NCBI GenBank assembly: GCA_965637545.1
Contig: OZ281494.1
Coordinates: 28,644,001 to 28,708,000 of the forward strand
DNA length: 64,000 nucleotides
Source: Phallusia mammillata
Taxonomy: Eukaryota
Direction of reading: 5' to 3'
Shown: one piece after another, positions 13,741-26,000 of the stretch
How positions within the stretch are numbered: the first letter of the stretch is position 1
How the letters are laid out: every line of letters starts with the position of its first letter
Notes under the pieces: model-generated
Told to the model about the DNA's origin: nothing
Databases searched by the model: none
The model's input: only the letters and a program-made list of their open reading frames with translations
Program-made: the position numbers and the translations under genes

Positions 13741-14545
13741 ATATAACAAACGATCTGTCAATTTAGTGCCTATAAATTTAAATCCAGCTTTTAGTCACAC
13801 TTTTGCCATTTAACTTTATGTTATTATTTCTCAGAAACATGCAATAAAACAGGCAATGGAAATTGTCTTCGTATTTCAATAGTTACTAAGAAACTGAACC
13901 AAAGTAAGTGTGCCATAAAGGCGACTGCACGCTGGTGTGATGAACATGAATAGCCTACCCATCAATTTTAATTCTTTCGTATTCTAGCAACTGCAGTTTT
14001 TTACTTCTGGGGCATATTTCAGAGCGGGGAAGAATGTCTCTGTGCAATGATAAACAAATACCTTATGTTTGTGCAGAACATTCGAGAAGAACAAAATGAA
14101 TCGTAAACATTGTACATGGTAGCCTAGTATCATGGCCGCTACACACACCAGAGAGATTAAGCGGCTACATGGTGAACATGTTCACTTCAAGTGAAATACC
14201 AGGTGTAGTAATTGAAGAAAAGGTGAATTGATACAAAAGTTTAAAATTCTCGGAATCTTTGGCAACAACGCAGTATTTCTTTCGTTGATCGTATTTGCAA
14301 TCAGTGTTTTTTTACAGCAGACAACCCAAACCTATTGTTTGGGTTTTCTGTGGGATTCGTTAGGTCGCCCAATTTGAAATAGCCCACACAGCTCACTTAT
14401 CCGGTTGACGAGATGCTAATCAACACTTGGATGACTGGAATACAAACTGGAATCGGTCTGCTTCTGGGAGTATTGGGGAGAATTATTTATAATTCCTACA
14501 AAAGTTTCTGCCTTTTTATGTTTCAGCGTGCTTGTGCATTTATAG

Positions 14546-14964
14546 CAGCGGTTCCCAAACTGGGGCCCGCGGTCCTTTAGGGGTCCGTGAGGCAATTTTG
14601 GGGGGACCGCGAAGCGGTTGAAGTAATTCTATAATCTTATTTGGCGTCAGTTTGTGCCACTAAATAAGTTTAAATCAAAGTAGAATTGAGAATCGACTGT
14701 CTCCATTGCTAAGCAATGGCCTTTATTGAATGACAACTAAAAAAATGCAATTGTTCGCGCACAATCGTAATGTTTTTGTCCTGTTTGTGATGTCACATGC
14801 TGTCTTTGGATGATTATTATGCGCAATTTTGCACAACTAGCTAAAATCCTGCAATAAACTTTCGTTTTTATGAAATACACATTTAGGCTTAAGGACCGCG
14901 AGCCCTTGAAATAATGGCAAGGGGACCGTTTAGAAAAAAATATGAAAAAGTTTGGGAACCACTG
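14546..14964. mobile_element. hAT MITE
   Basis: TIRs CAGCGGTTCCCAAAC / GTTTGGGAACCACTG; perfect 8-bp TSD ATTTATAG. Confidence 0.92.
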
Positions 14965-15004
14965 ATTTATAGGAATTGTGTTATGTAGTCGTTGTGTTGA
15001 AAAA

Positions 15005-15072
15005 TCAAATCTCAAATTGATCAAGACAACAATCAAAGTCAAATCTCAAATTGATCAAGACAACAATCAAAG
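15005..15072. repeat. 34-bp direct tandem duplication
   Basis: TCAAATCTCAAATTGATCAAGACAACAATCAAAG x2. Confidence 0.9.
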
Positions 15073-15250
15073 TATTCGTACTCCCCTGATAGGCCCAAAC
15101 TAATTGTTGTTTAACAATCGAACTCTTCGTTTGGGTCTTTATCTTGGTAGAGCTACTAACACAAGAACTCACACTAGACATGTTTGCTATATTCCGGTTG
15201 GTGTAGCGCGCAAATATTTTAAATGTAGTTTGTGTGAAAAATGCTGACGG

Positions 15251-15358
15251 GAGCAGGAAGTTGGCTGAATGGTCTGGCGCGCCGGACCCACATACAGACA
15301 TAAAAAAACCTTGGTCGGGATTCGTCCCCGAGAGTGTCCTACGTTCGAACCCCGTGAA
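15251..15358 (+). mobile_element. Very short tRNA-like SINE, copy 1
   Basis: A box TGGCTGAATGG, B box GTTCGAACC, A-rich tail, 14-bp TSD AAAAATGCTGACGG (15237-15250 / 15359-15372). Confidence 0.7.
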
Positions 15359-15995
15359 AAAAATGCTGACGGTTTTAGGCCTTTCGGGGTTGACCTGATG
15401 GGTTTTATAATTATGTATATTTAAATAAGTGTGTATTTACGTCATTTATCGTGAAAAATTTCACCCTACTTTTGAAACGCATTTATTGCATGGAAAGTAT
15501 TTGCATGTGGCCGCAAATGTAAAACTTGGTAGGCTACACATAGTAAAGTGATTTGTATTGTGGTGCGTGAAAGTAAGATAGGCTACTTTAATTCTGTTTA
15601 GGCCAGTGGTTCTCAAACTTTTTCGTTAATTTTTTGAAACGGTCGCTTGGCCATTATTTCGAGGGTTCGCGGTCCTTTAGCTGAGATGTGTATTTCAGAA
15701 AAACGAAAGTTGATTGCAGTATTTTAGCTAGTAATGCAAAATTGCGCATAATAATGATCCAAACAGAACTTGTGACATCACAGACAAGACAAAAAGCGTT
15801 ACGATTGTGTGCGAACAATTGCATTTTTGATAGTTGTCATTCAATAAAGGCTATTGTTTATCAATTGAGACAGTCGATTCTCTATTCTAATTTGATTTAA
15901 ACCTATTCAGTGGCACAAACTGACGCTAAATAAGATTATAGAATTACTTCAACCGCTTTCGCGGTCCCCCAAAATTGCCTCACGGACCCCTAAAG

Positions 15996-16983
15996 CAGGG
16001 CTTCCCAAACTTTTTTGATCGCGAGCCCTTTTAATCTCTTTAAATTTTCCGCGACCCTTCACGGATAATATGATAAACAATGCAATACGTTTGATGTATT
16101 TATTGAAACGACTAATTCGAGCGAAAACTGAAAACAACCTACCGGTGCTCGGTCTACTACTTCACACGTCTCAACACCGATACCTTTTACGTGCTTTAGC
16201 CTTTAGTTTCTGTCACATTGTTTTGCAAATAGGCACTTATCACCTTGGACCAAGTTTAGGCCGTTGCAGTGGTTTGCAAACGGGCATTAAACACTGCTTA
16301 GAAATCGTAAATTTATTGCCTATTTTTATTAGAGAAAGTATTTGCGCCACACAATAAACAAGGGGTGGGCAACCTGCGGCCCTTCATTAAAGGTTGTGCG
16401 GCCCGCAGAGACGCTTGGATTTCAAAAGTACTGGCAAACGAGTCCAATTATTACATATTTTTGAGCTGATTAATGCGCCTGGTTTTCTGCGATCTGGCAA
16501 AATGTGGCTAGAATCAAATACGAATTATACTTGTAGTTGAGCATATTTGGTAAGAAACAAAGCAAAATCACTTTTTGTTATGCACATGTGCGGCCGCGAT
16601 CCAATTTTCACATTCATAATTGGCCCTACAGTATAACAAAGGTTGCCCACCCCTGCAATAAACGTTAGTCTATAACTCTATGTGTCATCTTTATGCTGCA
16701 TTAAAATGACTGTGTATTTCAAAACAATTGCAATTGTTGCATTTCAACCGACGTCTGTTCGATCAATGGCGTCACTACAAGCGCGTTTGCGCTTAGCTGG
16801 AAACGTTTCAAAACCGACGTAACTTGAACAAAAATGACATTGTGACGTTATACAAAGGTCAAGGCCGGGGGTGTGCGGCACCCCCGTACTCCACGCCAGT
16901 GTATGGAGTACTTTCTGCAAAGCTGGTACAGCTCTCTGCGACCCCTCAAGTTTGTTAAGCGACCCCCAGTTTGGGAAGCCCTG
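15996..16983. mobile_element. hAT MITE nested in 15604-17020
   Basis: TIRs CAGGGCTTCCCAAAC / GTTTGGGAAGCCCTG; perfect TSD CCCTAAAG. Confidence 0.92.
16360..16655. mobile_element. hAT MITE nested in 15996-16983 (third level)
   Basis: TIRs AAGGGGTGGGCAACC / GGTTGCCCACCCCTG; perfect TSD CAATAAAC. Confidence 0.9.
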
Positions 16984-18480
16984 CCCTAAAGGATCGCGGA
17001 ACCCAGTTTGAGAACCGCTGGTTTAGGCGAATTATGCAATACCGCAACTGTGCTTAGCTGGGAAATCAATACTAACTTACAATAATGTGCAGTTCACTGT
17101 AATGCAAAAAACATAAAGCCGTTGCAACCATGATAAATAAAGCTGGTTTTGACCGAAAATTAGATTTACAAACGTTATTTGTGTAGTTATTAGTGCTTAC
17201 TAAACAAAAAAAATCTATGCCTACATACATGTGTAAGGTATTTGACACATAAGTTACAGAAAAATTTGGCAAAACTAATGAACGAAGCTACTGTAGCGGT
17301 CATGATATTAATGTGCACAAAGTTTATGTTTAACGTTAGCATGTTGTTTGCAATAATGTTGCACAGCATGTAGGGGAAGTGTTTAACCTCTTTATAACTG
17401 GTAAGTGTTGGTATTTCCGTTCTCATGCAAGTCATAAGATGTTTTGAGTCATTTGGTTATTCTAGAATGTTCTGCACAAACATAAGGTGTTCGTTTATCA
17501 TTACGCATACTTCCTCTTGTTTATACTGTCGTTTCCGTTTCAAGTTTAAAGTAGAACACAGCCGCTCGTACTTGAAAAGAGGCATAGCAGCTCGGTTAGA
17601 GGGCGCTATGACATTATAAATCGCACCTTTGCCATAAAATAAATTCTATAACTTAAAGGAAAAAAGGTTTACTGTAAAAACAAGTTATAAATAGCGTGAA
17701 TAGCTTGTTCTATAAATAGCTTGTTTTCGATTTTGTCGCCGGTCTATTCTTAGACTATTTTTAGTCTTCTAGTAGTCTATTTTTGAGTCTTTTATTAGTC
17801 TATTTTCTTCTATTCTTCTCCCTTTGGGGATGTGGAAGCTGATTTAATCGTTCGCCATTGAAACTTTTACTCAAGAATACAAAGAAATAAGAGATACTCT
17901 GTGGGGCTGTTAATCAGTCAGCTGTTATTGAGATGCAAAGATCAGACTCACCAAACAATTTGCAATGAACATTATAGTTTACACTGTAGCCGCCTTTAAC
18001 AAGTCGTCATCGAGGCAGAGGTGGCTACACTACAACACCCAAATACAACCGCTTGAGCTGTTTGTATTCAAAAACGTGAAAAGCACAAATTACATACTGT
18101 TCTGCTATCTTTTAAATAAGAAATCAAAAATGTACAGCAAACGCAGCAACATGCATGGAAACAGAAATGACACACACAAAAGATACAAACAGACATTTTA
18201 CAAACCCCGAAAACTGGCTTTAAAAAGCATGTCACGAAAGTCACGAATTGTTATTTCAAAACTTCAAAAAGTCAAAATTTTTTTGATTAATCAGGCAAAA
18301 AAACAAAATTGATTAATCAGGCAAAAGAATAATTTTAAAGCCGATTAGACTTTTCAACATTTTAACAGACGAAATAATGTTGTGACAAATTTGCATTAGC
18401 AGATAATTACTGTTTTTTTTTATTAGCAGATAATTACTGTACTTAAAAATTGCTGCAGTTTAGCAGCTGCGACTTAAAAA

Positions 18481-21400
18481 TCAATTAAGTTGTTGGTGGG
18501 CGGCACAAGTTGCTACAATGTTGACGTATTTTGTCCCCACTTCGTCGCTAACACCGGGCGGATAAAGGTACACCAGTGTTTTGTATGAAATCGTTTCCGG
18601 AACGCATTGCAAATTATAGAAGTTGGAAGCCGCGCAAGTCTTAATATAAAACATCTGATACAGATTGTCGCCTGCAAAAAAAGACCACACAGTTTCGTGA
18701 GTTGCTTCCATGTGATTCTCAATTATTCAAATAAAAGGTATCTTTTAAAATATCATGCTTCGAACGGCTGCGATAAAATTTATTATGTTTTGAAACACGC
18801 CATAAAATTTGATAAGGCCAGACCAACGCAGAGAAAAAGTCTTCAGCACAAAAAACTCAAGACACCAAGGCTTTTTGCGGCATAATAAAGCTGCACCAAA
18901 GCAGGGGTCGGCAACCTTTTTTGCTCTGTGGACCCTTTTTGAAAGTGAAATTTTATCGCGGACCGGTCTTCAAAAAACAAAAATTATTTAGCAATAAAAA
19001 CGCTCAAATTAGTTTATCATCCCCGGGCTACATGGACAAAATGTTTTATAGCATTTACCCAGAAAATTTGTACAGCCCGGTAACAAACTCCTCGCGGACC
19101 GGCGGTTGCCGACCACTGCACCAAAGCATAGATATCTTATTAAGCACCATCCCACAACGCGAGTGTACATTTCAAGAAAACTAGGTAGCATCATAATTGG
19201 AAAATCATAAAACACACCGAAGACTCACATTGAGCTAATTTTTGACGGTTATAGGGGTATTAGGGTCGGGGTAAGGTATTTTTTTCACGGGGTTAGAACC
19301 CAGGACACTCCTGGGGTCGAATCCCGATCAAGGTTTTTTTATTTCCGTATATGGGTCAGGCGCGCCAGGCCATTCGGCCAAGTTCCTGCCCGGGGTAAGG
19401 TATTAGCATTCAAAATTCGCCCTTTAGCTCTTTGCGTCACCCATCGGAAAATAGCTAAATGTATAGGTCTGCCGTGAGGTATGATGTTACTACGGGTAGT
19501 AAACAGGTAAACTTATCAATACAGGTCCTCACGTTTGCACTTTAATTTATATTTTTTGTCGGCATTTTAATTTATATTTTTTGTTTTTATCTTTGCACAA
19601 ATTTAAAGAAAAATACCGTTTTTACCCTGGCTGCAGGGACCAGAAAATTTTGTTCGGCAAATTTCGATAGTAACTTTTGCACATGCACAGGCGACTGGTG
19701 TAAATGGAAGTTGCTAAACTTTTAAGAGCGGTAAACGAATACCTGCTGACATAAAGGCTTGTATATAGCTTAAAAACGGATCATTTATCACGCATATTTT
19801 CTGGATCTGATGATTTTATCCTGTTTTGTTAAAAAATTAAATTGCTTGAAGGGAGTTTGGTATTCAAAGTATAATATAATTGTTTTGCCAGCTTTTAACC
19901 CAAGTGAGTTTCGTATTAATTTTGACTTATTGGACTGCAAAGAAATTTATTCTTTAAATATTTATGTTTTTTTTATAGTTTTATGTAAACCTTAATAAAC
20001 CCACCTGGATTTTGTATCAACTCGTACGAATCTCCAGTAAACGTACCAACGGCATGAGAGACCTGTGTATAAACCAAGTAATTGGATGCGCAATGGTTTA
20101 TCGTTGCTCGCTTCACCACATTGTGGCTGGTGTCAGAAACTGCCTCTGTTTTGTAAAGTGTATTTTTTTAGTTTTATTCAATATTATATTTCGTCATTTT
20201 GCTATAGTCAATGTTTAAATAAAAGCCCGAAAAACACCCGACAAACAAATCATGCAAATGTATATTTACGTGATGCACTATCACAAGTAACCATACTGCC
20301 ATAATCATATTACGTTTTTTGTTGTAGCAACGCATACAATTTCTTTTATTGTTATATAGCGGTTCCAACTCTATATGCATTTGGGGTGTTACTGTATTAT
20401 GAGCATGAGCACCAAGTGTGGATTGATAAAATGCACATGGCCGCACATGCCGTAGATCTATACGTAGGCCATAAATAGGTTTAATCGAAAAAACACTTTC
20501 GGACCTAATTCCGGATTGAAAATATTGGCCAGCTTCCTAGCTAGCAAGTCTAAAATTAGGGCCAGTTTACAACTCTACAGAAGCCGATAACCTTACCTGC
20601 CATTGATCCATCTCTTGGCGATCTTCCCAACAAACCAAGAAGAGAGTCGTACAAAGAATCAATGGTATCGGTCTCACGCTTGGCTCTGGTGGATGTATCT
20701 GCTGTGTAGTTCACGGGGGTGCTGGAGTTGTAGAAGTCAAACATGAAGAAATATTCATCGGTGATCTTCTTTAGTTTCTTCTTGTCCTGCTTCAACAGCT
20801 TGCAGGAGTGCAGCTTTTTGTATTCTTTTTGTTTGCAAACGTCTTCCGTCAACCGAACAGTAGGGTCAATCTGCGTGCAAATATGATTTAGAAATCAAAT
20901 GCTTTGCACAGAACGTTTCGCTCTGATATTTCGTTAACTTTTTTTACTGCTTGTTACTTAATTGATTTTGTTTGTGTTTTGCGCACCAAGGTTAGGATGA
21001 CTTTTAGGGAAACTAACACCTTTGTTAGCTCGATTTTCTTTTCTTGTTTGCCAGTTAATAATCAACAAAATGGCCGAGTCTTAGATACATTATTTTTCGT
21101 GTGTTTTCGAAGTATACACATTGAACATTGTTTTTTTGTGTGAAAGTTTTTGGTTATATTAATCAGTCCAACATATACGCATTTCTCGACGAAATATTTT
21201 CATCATGTATGCGCGTCAAACTTTGTTACAAACGTCGCATAAAAAGTGAATCGCTGAAACCTATTTAGAATTGCCACCATTTTTTGCAATGCGAACAATC
21301 TGGTTAAGCGCATATCACAATCTGGTTAAACGCATATACAAACGTGCCTATGAAGGTTAACGATAATGTTTTTTAAATTCTAAATTAAACCAACATTCCA

Positions 21401-22722
21401 TGTCGCAAAACGTCTGTGACATTTAACAGCTAGTGCGCACTATTCGCGTTTTCAAGGTATCATTGTGGAACTGAAAGTTTTACGATTTAAGCAAACACTG
21501 AACGTGAAATTAAAGTGTGCTATGCATTGTTAACCTCTGGGGGCATTTTCGACTTAAGTCACCAATTAAATTTGTCAGAAACTATTTTAAAGTGGCACGT
21601 GCACTACACAAGAAAACTGGAGCGCATTTATGCTATCCATTCGCAAACAACTGTTAAACTTGCTTAAATCAAACAATAGCTGGAAGGGCAAAATGTGTAA
21701 ACTAAAAGGCGCCATCACAATTTTCAGAAATAAATTTAACGACTGTTCCAGTTGCCCATTAAAAAAACTGTGTGTGGGGCAAAAGTTTATGTGACCTTCG
21801 TGGAAATATTAAGTTTTATTTACTGCTAAGTTAACTAAAGGGCTTTATATAGGTTCCCGAGTTTGCTAATTTGGATGTGACAGTTGAAAATTAATCTAAA
21901 GTTTGTTCTGACTGTAGTACAAAATCAGCACATTAAACATAGGCGCTTTCTGTCTCTTTACTCACGACAAATTACAAAAAATCAAAATCAAATAAAAGAT
22001 ATTTTTCATACTTTATTGTAGTCTGGTAAGTCAATTGTTGGCTTTGTTGCAAAAACGGTGGTGAAAGACGCGAACAGAAGAAAGATAATAATTGGATTCT
22101 GCAAAAATAGGAAGGTCATAATTCGTATTTTGTAAATAAAGTAAGTTTTGGTTAATCCGGACCCGTTTGGACTAAAAGAATTGTCCGAATTAGGCAAAGA
22201 TCCGGATTAAGTAATGTCGATTAGTTCAAACCTGATCACATTATAAATCATTTGTTCCTCAAGTTTTGTCCGAAGCAGGGAAAGATTCGAATTAACAGAA
22301 TCCGGTTTAAATGGGTTTACTGTACATGTGAAAATAGGGAGTTTTTACAGACACGTTACACATGTTTAAACCATTCTCCATAATGTTTATACACTCATAT
22401 TTAATAACTCATCAGTCATCAATGATTGTTTTCGATCGTTTTTAAATTTTACATTGCATATTCACGCAACAAACATAACTTAGTTTTCAGCCAAATTTAA
22501 TTCACCATAAAACGTTTCACTCACATCGGACAAAATGGACGTAATTTTTTCAGCAATACTGTGGTAAGCCATTGAACCTATTCGTCTACATAATACCGCG
22601 TTAATATACCACACAATTGTCGCCGGCAACCCTAACCAATACAATAATCGGGGAGCAAGAACTAATCACTGGAAGCTCAATTTAAAAGTCTAAGTTAAAC
22701 AAGAAACGACTTCACTTACCAT
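18481..22722 (-). CDS. Secreted prepro-protein (about 279 aa) with a C-terminal neurotrophin/Spaetzle-like cystine-knot-derived domain
   Basis: Phase-compatible exons 22722-22720 (ATG|gtaagt), 22098-22012 (signal NPIIIFLLFASFTTVFA), 20870-20597 (RAKR), 20457-20314, 20145-20005 (VVKR-ATINHCASNYLV...), 18671-18481 (LYQMFYIKTC...CVPETISYKTL...KYVNIVATCAAH..*). The spliced frame is open. Alternative ATG at 22119. Confidence 0.8.
18902..19118. mobile_element. hAT MITE in the last intron of the neurotrophin-like gene
   Basis: TIRs CAGGGGTCGGCAACC / GGTTGCCGACCACTG; perfect TSD CACCAAAG. Confidence 0.92.
19281..19390 (-). mobile_element. Very short tRNA-like SINE, copy 2
   Basis: Reverse-strand homolog of 15251-15358 (TGGCCGAATGG...GGTTCTAACC...GTGAAAA); different 14-bp TSD CGGGGTAAGGTATT (19267-19280 / 19391-19404). 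Confidence 0.7.
22139..22322 (-). mobile_element. Tc1/mariner-pogo-type MITE in intron 1 of the neurotrophin-like gene
   Basis: Ends ...GGGTTTACTG followed by TA; homologous to 7286-7472. Confidence 0.7.
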
Positions 22723-23003
22723 TTTTCAACACTTGAAGTTTCTTGTGCCCTGTGATTTTCGCAGCTCGACTTTAATCCACAGAATGAGCCGTTTCGATCC
22801 CTTTTAAAGCTTCTGGTGCGTGGTTAGCAAATATCAAGTTATGATCTAATACCGACGGTCACAGATCATTTACCAAAGGAAAAAAACGGGGACTCGAGAT
22901 GGTGCGTGAGGCGACCAACGCAAATAGAATTAGGGGGCAGACGTACGTTATCCACTAATACCCTCTCGTAGCAACTGCTACTCCCATATTCCGGATAGCG
23001 TAG

Positions 23004-23010
23004 TTTTATA
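23004..23010 (-). promoter_or_regulatory. Putative TATA box of the neurotrophin-like gene
   Basis: TATAAAA on the minus strand about 285 bp upstream of the ATG exon. Positional inference only. Confidence 0.3.
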
Positions 23011-26000
23011 TTTGCTCTGGACAAAAGGCATTGAATTTAACGACACGAAATCTTGGTTTTGCGACTTCAATAAATGACGAAAGAATTACAACAGCCCATC
23101 AGGCCGTGCGCAAGCGCTGATATTTATTCAGCCAAGCGCGTATTTGCGCCCGCACGAGCACAACACTTGAAATCAATCAAGTTTGAACAAGACCCGCAAT
23201 GCATTTGCTGAGCAACACTGATGTACGCATTCCCACCTGCATATGCGTCACGGGAAACTCTTAGGAATCCCACAGGTTAATCTGGACCACTCAAGTGGCG
23301 ACCTTTGCTACTGTGTCTACGTTAATGCGTGTTTATGTTTGGGGCACGTATCTATAGGGTCTTTGTTGCTGTAATACGTCGACAGCTTTTTCAGGTTTGT
23401 TGTTACTTGGTTTTCAACACCACACCTACCTCAGTCACGCCTATTCGCCAATCGACTGTAAAGTATAGTGATGTAACAAACCGATCCTGATTGGTTGGAG
23501 TTGAAATCGAATATTTGAGAAACGGCGGAAAAGCTTAAGTCCAGTTCAAAACTAGGCCTATTCTCTTTTGTGACCTAACAAAACGACTTTATTGTGACAA
23601 CCTTGTGATTAAACTGGTATTCTCGTCAAAGAAAATTTGGCACTATTAAATTATAGCTGCACAAATAAATTTGCAGACATCGTTGCGGGTAATTTGCAAC
23701 GACAATACAATGAATTCTGCCTCATGGTTTGTCCGATCAAAGACTTACTTAAATTTATAAAGGTTTTGGTCGGAAAGAAAACGGGCATATTCGGCCCAAA
23801 TGTTTGCTTCAAAGGAACCAGTCTACAGATAAATGACATTTTGAAACGCAACTTCAAAATGTAATCTGCTAAGTAAGCATAATACTTTTACGTCTAAGTG
23901 TAAAAAGAAGATGTTGTTTTTAAAATGTCATTTTGGCCGCGTAAAATGTGAATAGTTTCATGGCAATGGCTATTCGTTAAGTAAGGATTACCAAAAATAT
24001 TCGTTAACCAATTTTCTTGAATTATGTATTAATGTGAATGTCATATTGAATGTCTCTCCTTGATCTTTGTTGCTTACACGGCACTGACGGTTTCCGTTAA
24101 AACCATCGAAGGAAAAGGCAGTTTTGGAAGGAGTCTATAGGGACGGGGACTTTACGTGATGAATTCATGTTGGACAAAATGTCAAACTAAATACAAAACT
24201 TTTTATTCTCATATGATACATTTTTGAAAGGATGAAATTAGTAACGTTTTGGGTTATATTACTACTTACACAAAAAAACTCTAAATTGTGTAATTGCATG
24301 TACTGACCTGAGAACCACGTGGCGACAAGTTTATTAAACTCCAGTGTCCGTTTTTGGTTAAACGTTATTTTTAAAGCGCATGAATTTAGCCGTTTTTTAC
24401 GCACGTATTGTCAGCACTGCCGGAATAATTTTCCACATCCTACTCGTGATTGGGGTAGCGAAAAATTTTCCGGAGCAGTCATGCACTGAAATTCAGTTGA
24501 TGATGTCAGCATTTAGAAACTGACATAGGCAATTTTTCTTACCACTCCACGGAGTAATTTATTGCAAACCCCAAAAGCGCTATAAATCTGTCAACACATT
24601 ATCTGTACGCGGGTTTTTGCCGTAGCAGCACTGTAAACGTATTGCTTTATTTGTTTGGACTTCTGTAAGCTTAGAGTGATGGCTCCATTTTAACAAATAG
24701 TGTTAAACAGTTTAAGTACCAAACGGATTTATTTTTAGCTTCATCTGTCGTCAATGGGAGGAACTCAGGGCTTAAACTGTTCGACCACCGAAGCTAAGCT
24801 AATATTTTCCGTAAGAATTGGCGAAATCCCGGTTGTCCGTCAACGCAGTTCCCACCCTTCACCTTTACACAGGCGCGAGGTGTGTTAAACCTGTCAACGT
24901 AAAACGCTACTGGGATTAAACCGGTTGAAACTGTTGCCGGATGACAAACGGTTTGTTTTTTGTTTTTTTTTTGGGGGGGGAGCAAACTCTGCTGTGCGTC
25001 GTTTTTCGAGTCTCTGCATGGACGCTTCAATGATAAATGTGTATTTTCTCCTTTATTTACTCATTTTTAGAATAAGAGTGACGTTGCAATTTTCACTCCT
25101 TGGACACTGTCACACTATTGGTTTGTTTGGGTTTAGGTATAGAGATAAAAATGCATACAGATTTAACAGTGTATTTTTCCTCGAGATCCAGACACGGGTG
25201 CATCTCTTACTTTGTGGTAAACTGAATTTTTACGTTTCTAGCTGTGTTTTGAAATGGAACCTCAGACAAGGCTCTTAATTTTTTATGCTTTGCGATTTCG
25301 AAAAACACCGTATAAACGGCATGTTTGTATCAAAACAATGATTGGAAACAGTTTTACAGCAAAGAGCCCTAATTTAAATAAAAGGTAAATCCCGTTTTCT
25401 GAATCATCCATTTCGTTGACCCGAAAAAAAGTCCGCAAAGTAATTAAAAATTACTTCAAACCGGTATTTGGGGTCTGACTCGACACACCCACGCGCAACT
25501 GCGACCAAGAATTCCAAAACGTCCAGTTGCGTCTAAGAATCAACGCACGAAAACGTGTTAGGCCAGTCCTGTCAACCGTCCGAGAATTGGTCCCTTGACC
25601 GTGCGACAAAATGTAACAGCTACTTTTAGGTTGGTAAAAGTTCAAACGGGTTAGGCACGTTGTGTATGCTGGTTCCGGTTCACCAGTTTGACGCTGAACT
25701 AGGCGAGTGCGTAGAAACCCGCAGGTTCAAATGCCGAAATGACATTTTGGGATTGTATTTCATAATGGAAATGGCGGTGAAAGGTCAAAAGTTTATTAAA
25801 ATGTTAATGTATTTAAACTACACCTGGTCTATTTTGCAAAACTTTTAGGCCCGATACATTACAGTAAAAACTGACGCAAAATATTGCTAGTGCGGCTTTT
25901 ATTGTTATAGTTTAAATAATATATATTTGAGTGGACATATGGTTCACCGTTTTGTTTCCTGTGAGTACTTTGGGCACCACTTCATCAAACGGCTGATCTG

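Larger units (their letters stand above)
15604..17020. mobile_element. hAT MITE, same family as 14546-14964 in inverted orientation; outer element of a nest
   Basis: TIRs CAGTGGTTCTCAAAC / GTTTGAGAACCGCTG; perfect TSD GTTTAGGC. Confidence 0.9.

Noticed and set aside
15251-15358. Bona fide tRNA gene
   Set aside because: No proper cloverleaf or anticodon arm; TSDs and an A-tail indicate a retroposed element.
17690-18445. Small duplications and TAGTCTATTTT-rich tract
   Set aside because: Ordinary slippage or low-complexity sequence, with no higher-order structure seen.
23745-23822. Possible minus exon TGSFEANIWAEYARFLSDQNLYKF
   Set aside because: Isolated; cannot be joined to the neighbouring gene model and has no recognisable homology.
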